Positions 11,596 through 20,699 of a DNA stretch of 64,000 bases are shown piece by piece. Source of the stretch: Minisyncoccota bacterium (GTDB lineage: Bacteria > Patescibacteriota > Minisyncoccia > Phycocordibacterales > UBA2100). Position 1 is the first letter of the stretch. The number at the start of each line of letters is the position of its first letter. The notes under the pieces were generated by a model that did no database searches, was not told the DNA's origin, and worked only from the letters and a program-made list of their open reading frames with translations. The stretch is from assembly GCA_022842645.1 (NCBI GenBank), contig JALHPE010000001.1, positions 199,711-263,710 on the forward strand, in the 5' to 3' direction. The translations under genes were made by a program, and so were the position numbers.

Positions 11596-12084
11596 CTACG
11601 GTCTCATGCAGTAATAGGCAGGAGTGCCTGTGTCTGCACAATCAAGCCCACCCGCAGTGCCATCGACGTCTCCCGCAGGAACTGCAGTAGAGCCACCTTC
11701 AATACCAGAGCGAATGATGTAACTTGCACATGGTGCTGTAGAACACGCAGTGCCATCGAGATTCGCTGACGCATAGGTATAGATATACGTACCACTATTT
11801 GTCGGATCGGATGGAACCGACGAGATGTAGTTATTAGACACGAGCGCTGTAAGGGTCGTCGAGGCAGATCCTGAACCCGCAGGATAACTCTGTTGCGTAT
11901 CGTAGTAGAGCTCAAGTGCAAGCTGTACCTGCTTCACGTCAGACACACGACGCGCATCGCGCCCTTTCACACGAGCACTATTGAGAGAGGCAAGAACAAC
12001 TGATGAGAGGATCCCAATAATAGCGATCACGACAAGAAGCTCAATGAGCGTAAAGCCGCGAGAAACATGTTTTTTTTGGTTCAT
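11596..12084 (-). CDS. Type IV major pilin (paralog 2)
   Basis: MNQKKHVSRG|FTLIELLVVIAIIGILSSVVLASLNSAR. C-terminal Cys pair. AT-rich TATTATAAT -10-like box just upstream. Confidence 0.7.
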   Translation of the reverse strand: MNQKKHVSRGFTLIELLVVIAIIGILSSVVLASLNSARVKGRDARRVSDVKQVQLALELYYDTQQSYPAGSGSASTTLTALVSNNYISSVPSDPTNSGTYIYTYASANLDGTACSTAPCASYIIRSGIEGGSTAVPAGDVDGTAGGLDCADTGTPAYYCMRP

Positions 12085-12115
12085 AAATAAAAAATTATAA
12101 TAAATATTAGTAACG

Positions 12116-12595
12116 CTACGGCTGCACACAATAATAGAGTGCAGTCGAACAGTTTTCAGTACCTCGCGTCCCTGTAACACTTCCCGCTGGCACAGCAGCT
12201 TCCATCGTTGCGCGCAATACATAACTCGAACACACACCGCTTGCAACGGCACATCCTGCCACACCGTTACCGGTGAGATTGTCATAGCCATAGGCACTAC
12301 CGGTTTGTGGGTCCACAGGTACAGACGCTATAAAACCATTCGTAGCGAGTGTTGCGAGAGAGTCCGGATACTCAACACTCCCACCCGTGCAGGCATTTCC
12401 TGCATCGTAGCAAAGCTCAAGCGCAAGCTGAAGTTGCTTCAAATCTGAAATGCGACGTGCATCACGACCTTTCTGACGTGCGCTGTTAAGCGACGCAAGC
12501 ACAACCGACGAGAGAATACCAATGATGGCAATCACAACGAGAAGCTCTATAAGCGTGAAGCCGCGTGTTCCCTTTTGCATACGCATGTTCATCAT
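12116..12595 (-). CDS. Type IV major pilin (paralog 1)
   Basis: MMNMRMQKGTRG|FTLIELLVVIAIIGILSSVVLASLNSAR. N-terminal 40 aa near-identical to the neighbouring pilin. Confidence 0.75.
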   Translation of the reverse strand: MMNMRMQKGTRGFTLIELLVVIAIIGILSSVVLASLNSARQKGRDARRISDLKQLQLALELCYDAGNACTGGSVEYPDSLATLATNGFIASVPVDPQTGSAYGYDNLTGNGVAGCAVASGVCSSYVLRATMEAAVPAGSVTGTRGTENCSTALYYCVQP

Positions 12596-12639
12596 ACGCG
12601 TTGTTTAATAATAACAAAGCGTCTGATGTGGATATCGCA

Positions 12640-13845
12640 CTAAATACTTCCCGCAATATTGTAGATCGGCACCAAGACTGACGCGAGAAGAACAGCGACA
12701 CCGACAGCAAGGGCCACAATCATAATTGGCTCAATCAAAGAGACTAGTGTGTCTACGGCGTTATTCACTTCACGACGATAGAAGCGTGCAATTGATTCGA
12801 GAATCGGCCCCATGTTACCCGTCTCTTCTCCAATTTTGATCATGGCAATCATAATTCCCGGCATTTCAGGGTGTTTACGAAATGATTCGGACACGGTAAG
12901 CCCACCCTTCACATCAGAAGAAACCTCTCGAAGTACACGCTCATAGGTGGGGTCCTCCACAACAGAACCAGTAATTTCGAGGCCGCGAAGCATTTGTATT
13001 CCGCTCCTGAGCATAGTCGAAAGATTGTCGGCGATACGCGAGAGAAAAAGTTTCCGGTAGATACCGCCAACGATAGGGATTTGCAGACGCGCACGAGAAA
13101 AGAAAAATTTTCCAGAATCGGTCTTAATATAGCGGTAGAAAAAGATACCTGCAATTACGAAAAGTGCACCCCAGAGAAGTGCGTAGTTCGAAAGCGCATT
13201 ACTGATACCGATCACGATTTTTGTGTAGAGTGGTACCTCCTGCCCCACCTCCTCGAGCATAACGGCGAGTCGCGGAATAACGAGGGTCATCATTAAAAAC
13301 ATCACGACAAAAAATGTGCTGATGATGAACGCTGGGTAAATAAGTGCATTTTTTGCTTTCGAGGTAATTTCGTAATTACGCTCAAGATAATCTGCGAGAA
13401 AGAGGAATGTTTCGTCGAGCTTACCCGCTTCTTCTCCTGCACGCACCATGTTCACGTAAAAGTTTGAGAATACTTCAGGATGACGAGACATTGCCGCGGA
13501 AATGGCGGAGCCTGCTTGGATATCGGATGCGATTGCCGTGAGTTTTGCCGCAAGCTGGGGAGTGCGCGCCTCGGCGGCCAAAAGCTGGAAGGCGCGCAGC
13601 GCGGAAACCTGCGCCTCAAACAAGGTTGTCATCTGACGACTAAGCATCACGATGTCACTTCCCTTGATGCCAGAAAATAGCTGTATGTTAGTACTGAGCG
13701 AAAGCTTTTGTTCGACGGGATCGATCGATGCGATAATGAGCCCTCGGCGCTGGAGCGAAGAAATCGCAACATCGATGTTGACCGCATCAATTTGACCACT
13801 GCGGTCTGCTCCCTGCTCATCGACGGCCTTGTAGTTGAATAGCAT
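12640..13845 (-). CDS. pilC: Type IV pilus inner-membrane platform protein (GspF/PilC family)
   Basis: 401 aa with two T2SSF-like repeats and three TM segments. Confidence 0.85.
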   Translation of the reverse strand: MLFNYKAVDEQGADRSGQIDAVNIDVAISSLQRRGLIIASIDPVEQKLSLSTNIQLFSGIKGSDIVMLSRQMTTLFEAQVSALRAFQLLAAEARTPQLAAKLTAIASDIQAGSAISAAMSRHPEVFSNFYVNMVRAGEEAGKLDETFLFLADYLERNYEITSKAKNALIYPAFIISTFFVVMFLMMTLVIPRLAVMLEEVGQEVPLYTKIVIGISNALSNYALLWGALFVIAGIFFYRYIKTDSGKFFFSRARLQIPIVGGIYRKLFLSRIADNLSTMLRSGIQMLRGLEITGSVVEDPTYERVLREVSSDVKGGLTVSESFRKHPEMPGIMIAMIKIGEETGNMGPILESIARFYRREVNNAVDTLVSLIEPIMIVALAVGVAVLLASVLVPIYNIAGSI

Positions 13846-13852
13846 AAGGTAG

Positions 13853-13935
13853 TGGGTAGTTTGTAGACTGTAGTTTGTAGTGAATCTTTATGTGTGCATT
13901 TTCTACAAACTACAATCTACACACTACAAACTATT
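13853..13935. repeat. Heptad-repeat array family B (TACAAAC/TACAATC), inverted arms, upstream of pilC
   Basis: tagtttgtagactgtagtttgtag ... ctacaaactacaatctacacactacaaacta. Confidence 0.6.
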
Positions 13936-15024
13936 CTACAGTAATTTTTGAAGCAAATTCGGATTGAGCGAGTACTGGTATGCACTCTCGACGGTGATTT
14001 CGCCGCGTGTTACAAGCTCGGCGAGCGAACGATTCATGTCGATCATACCCTCTGCTGAAGACGTTTCAATCACAGTATTAATTTCGTGCGTGCGCTTCTC
14101 GCGAATAAGATTCGCGATGGCTTTGTTGTTGATAAGAAGCTCGTAGGCAGGAATGAGGCCGCCGGAAATGCGTGGAACAAGACGTTGACTGAAGATGCCT
14201 GCAAGCGACGAGCCAAGCTGTATTCGAATCTGATCCTGTTGATTTGCGGGGAAAGTATCAATAATGCGGTCGATTGTTTGTGCGGCGTTATTGGTGTGGA
14301 GCGTTGAAAACACGAGATGCCCGGTTTCCGCTGCAGTAACCGCCGCCGACATCGTCTCGTGCCCACGCATTTCTCCGACGAGAATCACATCCACATCCTG
14401 ACGAAATGCAGAAACGAGCGCTGTTGCGAAATCGCGTGTATCTATCAAAACCTCGCGCTGATCGACGAGCGAGCGCTTCGGTTCATAAATATATTCAACG
14501 GGGTCTTCAATTGTAACGATGTGCTCAGTGCGTTCGGTGTTGATCATTTCTATGAGCGAGGCGAGCGTTGTCGTCTTACCCTGCCCCACAGGACCCACCA
14601 CAAGGAAAAATCCCTGTGATTTGCGCGCAAAAGTCGTGAGAATGTCGGGAAGATTCAATTCCTCAAGTGTTTTTATCTGCTTCGGAATAAGGCGAAGGGC
14701 GATACCGACCGCACCGCGCTGGAAAAAAGCGTTCCCACGGAAACGATTACCATCGGCGGTCTGATACGCAAAGTCGACTTCGAGGGTCGAGAGAAATCGC
14801 CCTTGTTGATCTTTATTCAAAAGCACCTTCGCAAACGCCATGGTGTCCTCAGCAGTGAGCGGCGGCTCTTTGAGCATTGGCGTAAGCGAGCCCGAGACGC
14901 GAATCGTAGGATGCGCACCGGTCGAGAAGTGGAGGTCAGATCCCCCTTCGTGCACAAGAACATTAATGTACTTCTTCAGCGTTGCATCGTAATCCCCCAT
15001 TCCCATGCACACATTGTAGCGCAC
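13936..15024 (-). CDS. pilT: Type IV pilus retraction ATPase PilT (start probably at MGMGDYDATL, about 15006)
   Basis: 362 aa. Walker A GPVGQGKTTTLASLIEMIN, Asp/His boxes, signature AIANLIRE. Length and sequence fit PilT rather than PilB. Confidence 0.85.
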   Translation of the reverse strand: MRYNVCMGMGDYDATLKKYINVLVHEGGSDLHFSTGAHPTIRVSGSLTPMLKEPPLTAEDTMAFAKVLLNKDQQGRFLSTLEVDFAYQTADGNRFRGNAFFQRGAVGIALRLIPKQIKTLEELNLPDILTTFARKSQGFFLVVGPVGQGKTTTLASLIEMINTERTEHIVTIEDPVEYIYEPKRSLVDQREVLIDTRDFATALVSAFRQDVDVILVGEMRGHETMSAAVTAAETGHLVFSTLHTNNAAQTIDRIIDTFPANQQDQIRIQLGSSLAGIFSQRLVPRISGGLIPAYELLINNKAIANLIREKRTHEINTVIETSSAEGMIDMNRSLAELVTRGEITVESAYQYSLNPNLLQKLL

Positions 15025-15066
15025 TTTTCTGCACGAACTTTTCTATCCACACTATAAAAAAGAAAA

Positions 15067-15085
15067 GCCGCGTTGCGCACGCGGC
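15067..15085 (-). terminator. Intrinsic terminator (gccgcg-ttgcgca-cgcggc + T-run on minus strand)
   Basis: 6-bp GC stem, 7-nt loop, and minus-strand T-run (plus-strand A-run 15051-15066), 10 nt after the stop of 15096..15584. Confidence 0.5.
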
Positions 15086-15095
15086 GGGCGGGAGA

Positions 15096-15584
15096 TTATT
15101 CGATGATGAGATCGATTTCGTCTCCATTTTTGATGAGAAGTGCGTTTGCTTCGTCAGTATCGAGGTGCACCCGAGGCACAGCCCACGAATCAATGCGCAC
15201 CTCGACGTTGTCGAAACGTCCAGGTCGAGGACCTTGTGTTTGTTCGATTGAGACTTTCTGGCCCTTAGTGAGCCCCCACTCCTTTGCGGTTTTTTGATCG
15301 CAGTGGAAATGGCGAAGCTTCACTTGAAATGTGCCAGAAAATTGTGGCTCTCCTTCAAGGTAATTGAACCAGTCGGTGACTGAAACCTCGTAGACGCCCT
15401 TCCCATCTTCTGTGGGACGGGGCGGCAATACGACGCTAAAGCGCATACCCATCGCCTCAACTTTTTCGTTCGACACTGAGTGCCCACCTTGTGAAAGGTC
15501 GGCTTTCTTAGTGAACCTCCCATCGTCAGAGGATGGATGATGGTGTCGAGCTGAAACTTCGCAGATAACCTTGTGTCTTTTCAT
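15096..15584 (-). CDS. Hypothetical protein
   Basis: 162-aa ORF with no recognisable motif. True start may be the internal MGMRFSVVL. Confidence 0.35.
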   Translation of the reverse strand: MKRHKVICEVSARHHHPSSDDGRFTKKADLSQGGHSVSNEKVEAMGMRFSVVLPPRPTEDGKGVYEVSVTDWFNYLEGEPQFSGTFQVKLRHFHCDQKTAKEWGLTKGQKVSIEQTQGPRPGRFDNVEVRIDSWAVPRVHLDTDEANALLIKNGDEIDLIIE

Positions 15585-15629
15585 GTCTTTTTCTCCTGAA
15601 AGATCAGGCTATGATAATACCACGATATT

Positions 15630-16100
15630 CTAAAGTTTCAAGCGATAGACGTTCGTGTCCCGCTTCTCAAAACCGAGCTTTTGGTAGAGCTTATTTGCAG
15701 CAACACGGGAGGGACGGCTGGTGAGATTCAGGTGACTCAACTTCTTTTTCTTTGCCGCGACGATAAGGGCGCGCATCAAGAGCATCCCAAGACCCTGACC
15801 ACGATAGGCTTCATCCACGACCACATCCTCGACATAACCGCTCTTCTTCCCCATTTGGTGGAGCTCATAAAGCGTAGCAACCCCAATGATTTTCTTCTTG
15901 TCTCGTATCGCAAGCAACACAATGGCACGATTCCCACTCATCGCTTTAAGATCCCGAAGCGATCCTTTGCGACCCGTTTTCATGTCGAGTTGCTGGAGAA
16001 GACGATTAATATCCGCAACAGCGGTAGTATCTATCTTACGTACGGTCATTTGATCAACTTTCATCCCTGCATCGTACACCCCACTCCCTCCTGGGGGCAA
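15630..16100 (-). CDS. GNAT family N-acetyltransferase
   Basis: Acetyl-CoA binding motif VDEAYRGQGLGMLLMRAL (Q/RxxGxG/A). Confidence 0.75.
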   Translation of the reverse strand: MPPGGSGVYDAGMKVDQMTVRKIDTTAVADINRLLQQLDMKTGRKGSLRDLKAMSGNRAIVLLAIRDKKKIIGVATLYELHQMGKKSGYVEDVVVDEAYRGQGLGMLLMRALIVAAKKKKLSHLNLTSRPSRVAANKLYQKLGFEKRDTNVYRLKL

Positions 16101-16123
16101 GGAGAAATGTTGCGAAAGGGGTC

Positions 16124-17392
16124 GTGTATACTTTTGTGATGCTATTTGTGGGTGCGAAACGAGAACTCACTGTTGTGATTATGGTTTTTTTTATATTTTT
16201 TTCCCTTGTCACTTCTGTCGCCTCAAGCACTTTACCCGAAATAAGCGCACAGCAGCGGGAAACATGCGAGTTCTTTGGTGTCCCATCAAGCATGTGCAGA
16301 CCAGCAGACATCGTAATTTTACAGGGAGGATGCGAATTTAATCCGTATCCAATTCTCGAATCCCGCTATAAAGCCAACAATAATGTAAGAATTACACCCC
16401 GTGGAGACGGAGATGGTTTAAATCTGGCTGGCGGTATCAATCCGTCGCTGGCATGTCGTCTCGTGAAATTCTTCGAATATGCGGAGAAAAACCAAGGTTG
16501 TCGTAACATTAAGATAATTAGCTCATACCGTAGCGCGCAACAACAAGAAAATTTGTGTGGAGATGGAGGTACAGGATGTGCGCCGGCGGGTAAATCTTGC
16601 CATCAATATGGACTTGCGATTGATGTATCGTCTAGTTGTACCGAGTGGATGCGCTCGTTTCTGGGTAAAAAGAATCCAAATTCCGTTGGCGCACAACAAT
16701 TTCAACTACATTTCCCATACTCAGGTGATCATATCCAGTGTATAGAAAACATAGGAGCAAGTTGTAACCCAAACACTCGCGGATGTGATGGCAAGGCAAG
16801 TATTGTCCCAGATCTCAGCGTTGCCCGACGCCCCTCGCCAACAAATGTATTCTCGAATGCGGTCCGTCAATGGCTCTCACCTCAGCAACCACAGCAGCCC
16901 CAACAAGTAGTTACTGCAACACCGTCGCAGCCCGCGTCCGCTTCGCAAAACCCACTTACTGCATTCGAAGAGCCGCAAACCATTGGCGGAGTTTCAGGGC
17001 AATTAAATATGACTACAAGCAGCACGACGAACGGTGTTGCAGATCGTCTTGAATCCCTTGCCTTCCCCACAACAACCCAAACAGGCAGCACAGCCACAAC
17101 AGTGCCGCTTGTCATTTCTGGCGCGCAAGCCGTACAACTCTCTCCTAGACAACAAACGACAACAACGCCTGGGTACGTAGGCCCGGGCACCATCTCTCCT
17201 TCTCAAAACACGTTTATTTCCGGCGACTTAAGTTGGCAGGGGGCACCACAAGTGAGTCCACCCGTGACCGGCTTCCAGGCAACACTCGCAAACGTGCGTG
17301 CCATTCTTGAACGCATCCTCGCTTTCCTGACGCCTTTTAACGCACGCTACGTAATTAACGGCGAGACACACGAGCACGAATCGCTCGAATAA
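16124..17392 (+). CDS. Secreted Cys-rich protein with peptidase M15 (VanY/LAS D-Ala-D-Ala carboxypeptidase)-like core and Pro/Gln/Thr-rich C-terminus
   Basis: Signal peptide. SSYRSAQQQENL...SCHQYGLAIDV matches the SxxR...H..G.A.D zinc-binding pattern of M15/LAS peptidases. Confidence 0.5.
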   Translation: MYTFVMLFVGAKRELTVVIMVFFIFFSLVTSVASSTLPEISAQQRETCEFFGVPSSMCRPADIVILQGGCEFNPYPILESRYKANNNVRITPRGDGDGLNLAGGINPSLACRLVKFFEYAEKNQGCRNIKIISSYRSAQQQENLCGDGGTGCAPAGKSCHQYGLAIDVSSSCTEWMRSFLGKKNPNSVGAQQFQLHFPYSGDHIQCIENIGASCNPNTRGCDGKASIVPDLSVARRPSPTNVFSNAVRQWLSPQQPQQPQQVVTATPSQPASASQNPLTAFEEPQTIGGVSGQLNMTTSSTTNGVADRLESLAFPTTTQTGSTATTVPLVISGAQAVQLSPRQQTTTTPGYVGPGTISPSQNTFISGDLSWQGAPQVSPPVTGFQATLANVRAILERILAFLTPFNARYVINGETHEHESLE

Positions 17393-17404
17393 CCAGAGTT
17401 TCCG

Positions 17405-17413
17405 TGCTATAAT
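17405..17413 (+). promoter_or_regulatory. Extended -10 promoter element (TGcTATAAT) for infC operon
   Basis: gtgctataat at 17404-17413, about 28 nt upstream of the infC start. Weak -35. Confidence 0.45.
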
Positions 17414-17441
17414 CCCCCCACTCCGCGCCTGCGCGCGGTTC

Positions 17442-18065
17442 TTGATTCAAATGGGATTCACCAAATACACGACACAAGAAGACAAAGTACGCGTTCGGAT
17501 GAACGATGGTATACGCGTGCCTGAGGTACGCGTGATTGGCCCCAATGCCGAAAACTACGGCGTTATCTCTATTGGTGAAGCACTTGAAAAGGCGCGCGAA
17601 GCAGGGCTCGATCTCATCGAGGTCTCCCCCCTCGCAAAGCCGCCCGTCTGCAAGATCACCGACTACGGCAAATTTAAGTACGAACAGAATAAGAAGGACA
17701 AGGAGGTCAAATCCAAGATGAAGGTCTCGGAAACTAAGGAAGTACAGGTCAAAATCGGCACTTCAGAGCATGACATGGGCATCAAGGCGGCTAAGGCAGC
17801 TGCCTGGCTCCGGGAGGGGCATCGGGTCAAAGTCGACCTCTTCCTCTGGGGACGCTACAAATACATGGAATTTAGCTTCCTCAAGGAGCGTCTCGAGCGA
17901 TTCCTTGCTATTATCCCGGAATCGTATAAGATTGCTGAGCCTGTTCAGAAGAGTCCGAAAGGGCTCTCGGTCGCCCTCGAGCGTGATAAATCGGGCAAAA
18001 AGCCCGCCATTCTGCCCGTATCGACTACAGGAGAAAAACCCGAAGAAACCCATGAAGACGAATAA
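17442..18065 (+). CDS. infC: Translation initiation factor IF-3 (true start likely a few codons downstream / non-ATG)
   Basis: RVPEVRVIGPNAENYGVISIGEALEKAREAGLDLIEVSP and C-terminal domain. Followed by rpmI-rplT. Confidence 0.85.
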   Translation: MIQMGFTKYTTQEDKVRVRMNDGIRVPEVRVIGPNAENYGVISIGEALEKAREAGLDLIEVSPLAKPPVCKITDYGKFKYEQNKKDKEVKSKMKVSETKEVQVKIGTSEHDMGIKAAKAAAWLREGHRVKVDLFLWGRYKYMEFSFLKERLERFLAIIPESYKIAEPVQKSPKGLSVALERDKSGKKPAILPVSTTGEKPEETHEDE

Positions 18066-18237
18066 ATCATTCCAAAAGCGCCTCCGGGTTACCCGAAAAG
18101 GCAAGATTGTCGCCCGTGTCCCGGGTCAGAACCATTTCAATGCAAAGCAGAGCGGTTCCAAACGCCAGAAGAAATCCCGCGCTGTGGGCTTCCATGCAAC
18201 TATGGACGCAACCGCAAAAAGCCGGTTTTTGAACTAA
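18052..18237 (+). CDS. rpmI: 50S ribosomal protein L35
   Basis: MKTNKSFQKRLRVTRKGKIVARVPGQNHFNAKQSGSKRQKK.. basic 61-aa protein between infC and rplT. Sub-ORF of the listed 17770..18237 frame. Confidence 0.8.
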   Translation: MKTNKSFQKRLRVTRKGKIVARVPGQNHFNAKQSGSKRQKKSRAVGFHATMDATAKSRFLN

Positions 18238-18244
18238 GTATTTC

Positions 18245-18280
18245 CCTATACCCTAACCCCTAGAACCTAACACCTACCCT
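18245..18280. repeat. Heptad-repeat array family A directly upstream of rplT ATG
   Basis: ccctataccctaacccctagaacctaacacctaccct|ATG. Confidence 0.55.
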
Positions 18281-18625
18281 ATGGCACGCGTCAAACGAGG
18301 CACAATGAAGAATAAGCGCAGGAAGAATATCCTTGCGCAAACAAAAGGCTATCGTTTCGACCGCAAGTCGAAGGAGCGCGTTGCAAAAGAGGCTATTAAG
18401 CATGCTGGCACGTACGCATTCCGCCACCGCCGCACCAAGAAGCGCGACTTCCGCCAGCTCTTCACTCTTCGCATCAATGCCGGTGCTCGCTCTTTGGGAA
18501 TGTCATACTCTAAGCTCATTGGCGCCCTCAAGGATAAAAACATCGCGCTCGACAGAAAGTCGCTTTCAACTCTCGCAAAAGACTACCCCGAAACATTCGA
18601 ACGCCTCATAAAGTCGCTCTCATAA
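18281..18625 (+). CDS. rplT: 50S ribosomal protein L20
   Basis: MARVKRG...KRRKNILAQTKGYRF...FRHRRTKKRDFRQLFTLRINAGAR. Confidence 0.9.
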   Translation: MARVKRGTMKNKRRKNILAQTKGYRFDRKSKERVAKEAIKHAGTYAFRHRRTKKRDFRQLFTLRINAGARSLGMSYSKLIGALKDKNIALDRKSLSTLAKDYPETFERLIKSLS

Positions 18626-18632
18626 ACTAAAG

Positions 18633-18658
18633 AAAAACCCGCCGAAAGGCGGGTTTTT
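18633..18658. terminator. Bidirectional intrinsic terminator (cccgcc-gaaa-ggcggg flanked by A5/T5)
   Basis: Perfect 6-bp GC stem with GAAA tetraloop between convergent rplT and the 18668 gene. Confidence 0.7.
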
Positions 18659-18667
18659 CTTTAATGA

Positions 18668-19351
18668 CTACAAAATTACTTCTGCCCCTTTCCCCGTTGC
18701 CCCCCACCCATCATGATTCTGAAATACGATGTTCCTCTTTTTGATTTCCATCACCATCTCGATGAGACGGCTTACGAGTTTGCGCGGGTCAGAGTCGAAC
18801 ACAATGAATTCGTTGGGGCGGTGTGCAGCAAGAAGCACGCTCTTGAGAATTTCATCTGTTTGCCACGAGCCTTCGAGAACGCCAATCGGGCGGCGATCTT
18901 CAAAGGCAACTGAGAATTCGTTAAGTGTTCCCACGCGACCAGGGCCAATGATCATGGCGTCTGATGAGCGGACGAAGAGGAGGTCGCGCCCAGAGTAACC
19001 GAAGCCCGTGTACATGACGACATCCATGTAATCCAGGGGAAGTTTGTAGGTTTCGAGATGTTCGCGCTCCGATGACGCGGGAGAAAGACCGACCGAAAAA
19101 CCACACTCATCTTTTGCACCCATTGCCGCGTACATAGGGAAACCTGTTGTCGCTCCTGTCACGATAATGCCGCCATGAAGTGCGATCTCCCGACCCACCT
19201 CTTTTGCTTTTTCAAACGCATCGAGCCCAGCATGTGTCGTATCCGCCGCCCCAGAAACACCGATTTTTACTACACCGTAGCCGTCAGGAAGTCGACAAAA
19301 ATTACGTGGCACTGATTGATGATTCGGATGAATCTTTTTGAGTCGAGTCAT
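18668..19351 (-). CDS. TIGR00725/LOG-family Rossmann-fold nucleotide-binding protein (start probably downstream, near VVKIGVSG)
   Basis: KIGVSGAAD...HGGIIVTGATTGFPMYAAMGA...MIIGPGRVGTLNEF motifs typical of the LOG/DprA-like SLOG fold. Confidence 0.55.
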   Translation of the reverse strand: MTRLKKIHPNHQSVPRNFCRLPDGYGVVKIGVSGAADTTHAGLDAFEKAKEVGREIALHGGIIVTGATTGFPMYAAMGAKDECGFSVGLSPASSEREHLETYKLPLDYMDVVMYTGFGYSGRDLLFVRSSDAMIIGPGRVGTLNEFSVAFEDRRPIGVLEGSWQTDEILKSVLLAAHRPNEFIVFDSDPRKLVSRLIEMVMEIKKRNIVFQNHDGWGATGKGAEVIL

Positions 19352-19730
19352 AGTTTTCTATTCTATCATGCGCAATGAGTCTCTTTGCCAAAAGATATCC
19401 GCAGATGCCACCAAAGGCATCCATGATGAGATCAATCGTCGTATCAAACGCGAAATTTGCTTCGCGGGGAATGCCTCCCCAGAGTTCAAAAAGTTCCCAC
19501 CCGAACGCGACGCATGCAAGGAGCACAAACATGCGTGTGGGCGTTATTGCAATAGAGGTACGAATAAACACGTAGTGTGCGACAAGCATCACCCATACCC
19601 CTCCAAGAAAGTGCACTCCCGTGTCGAGCCACGGGAAAAGCCAGTAGAGGGAGAGGTTGAGTGCTGAAATGTGGAGCGCAGTTAAAACGATCAAAACAAA
19701 TACTTGTATGAAAAAGAGGCGCCGCGGCAT
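19302..19730 (-). CDS. Hypothetical integral membrane protein
   Basis: 142 aa with 4 predicted TM helices. Confidence 0.4.
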   Translation of the reverse strand: MPRRLFFIQVFVLIVLTALHISALNLSLYWLFPWLDTGVHFLGGVWVMLVAHYVFIRTSIAITPTRMFVLLACVAFGWELFELWGGIPREANFAFDTTIDLIMDAFGGICGYLLAKRLIAHDRIENYDSTQKDSSESSISAT

Positions 19731-19915
19731 AAGTTTGAAAAAACTCCGCTACAAAAGCGAAGTCTTTTCAGGGCGGACGGTACAGGAAGCCTGGGCATTG
19801 GAGACCAGGTGGGTTTCCGCAGCGTTAAGGCGCATTGCCTCAAGCGATATGAGAATCCCGTTTGTGAACCAAGCAGGTTTAAGTACAGTCCGCTGGCTCG
19901 ATTATAGCAAATCGA

Positions 19916-19994
19916 GAAGTATCAAGTAACAGGTATCAAGTATCACGAAATTCGTTTGCTACTTGTGCAAATGATACTTTTTGATACTTGCTAC
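19916..19994. repeat. Heptad-repeat array family C, inverted arms, upstream of membrane-protein gene 19302..19730
   Basis: atcaagtaacaggtatcaagtatcac ... atgatactttttgatacttgctac. Confidence 0.5.
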
Positions 19995-19996
19995 CC

Positions 19997-20602
19997 CTAC
20001 TCCAAGATCCCGTCCAGGTTTACGTCGTAGAGAATTGCCTCGCTCACGAGGCGATAGTTGAGGAGTTCGCCTTCAGTAAACCAGATCGCAATCTCGCGCT
20101 TTGCGTCTTCAACGTTCTCTGAGCAATGAATGAGATTGCGAACCGCGCGGTCGTCAACCGCAGAGATACCATACGAGTCGAGCGTGAGGTCTCCGCGAAT
20201 AGTGCCCACATCTGAGGTCGCTGGCTCGGTGTCGCCGGTAATTTTGCGCGCCACCACTGCTGCCTGGTTACCTTCCCAGACGATCATGACAACAGGACCG
20301 CTGGTCATAAACTTCACAAGCTGGCGGATGATGTCTTTCCCGTATTCCATAGGCTCCTTATCTACTGGAAGCCCTGCCGCTTTCTTATCTTCGGTGATTT
20401 TGGTGCCCTTTTTCAGGAACCATGCGTCATCTTTGTTGTAGTGCTCCCAGAGCTTCTTCTCGTCGGCAATGCCGAATTTGAGACCAGCAAGCTTGAGGCC
20501 GGTACGTTCATAGCGTTTTATGATTTCTCCGACGAGACCGCGCTGAAGACCGTCTGGCTTAATAATGACAAATGTGCGTTCTTTCTTGGGGTGATTGTCC
20601 AT
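19997..20602 (-). CDS. ndk: Nucleoside diphosphate kinase (with insertion)
   Basis: ERTFVIIKPDGLQRGLVGEIIKRYERTGLKL and the NDK active-site region. Longer than typical (201 aa). Confidence 0.75.
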   Translation of the reverse strand: MDNHPKKERTFVIIKPDGLQRGLVGEIIKRYERTGLKLAGLKFGIADEKKLWEHYNKDDAWFLKKGTKITEDKKAAGLPVDKEPMEYGKDIIRQLVKFMTSGPVVMIVWEGNQAAVVARKITGDTEPATSDVGTIRGDLTLDSYGISAVDDRAVRNLIHCSENVEDAKREIAIWFTEGELLNYRLVSEAILYDVNLDGILE

Positions 20603-20611
20603 ATTTGAATA

Positions 20612-20693
20612 GTGGGTGGTTAGTAGTTTGTAGATTGTAGTAAAGAAAACAAAAAAATCTCCGAACTACAAACTACAGTCTACAAACTACAGA
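20612..20693. repeat. Heptad-repeat array family B, inverted arms, upstream of ndk
   Basis: ggtggttagtagtttgtagattgtagt ... ctacaaactacagtctacaaactacagac. Confidence 0.6.
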
Positions 20694-20699
20694 CTTGCG

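Noticed and set aside
15006-15030. Calling a promoter for pilT from the TACAAT box 6 nt upstream of the ATG
   Set aside because: It is plausible as a leaderless-mRNA promoter, but the -35 region is poor and the hexamer lies within the listed longer ORF. It is mentioned as a possibility only.
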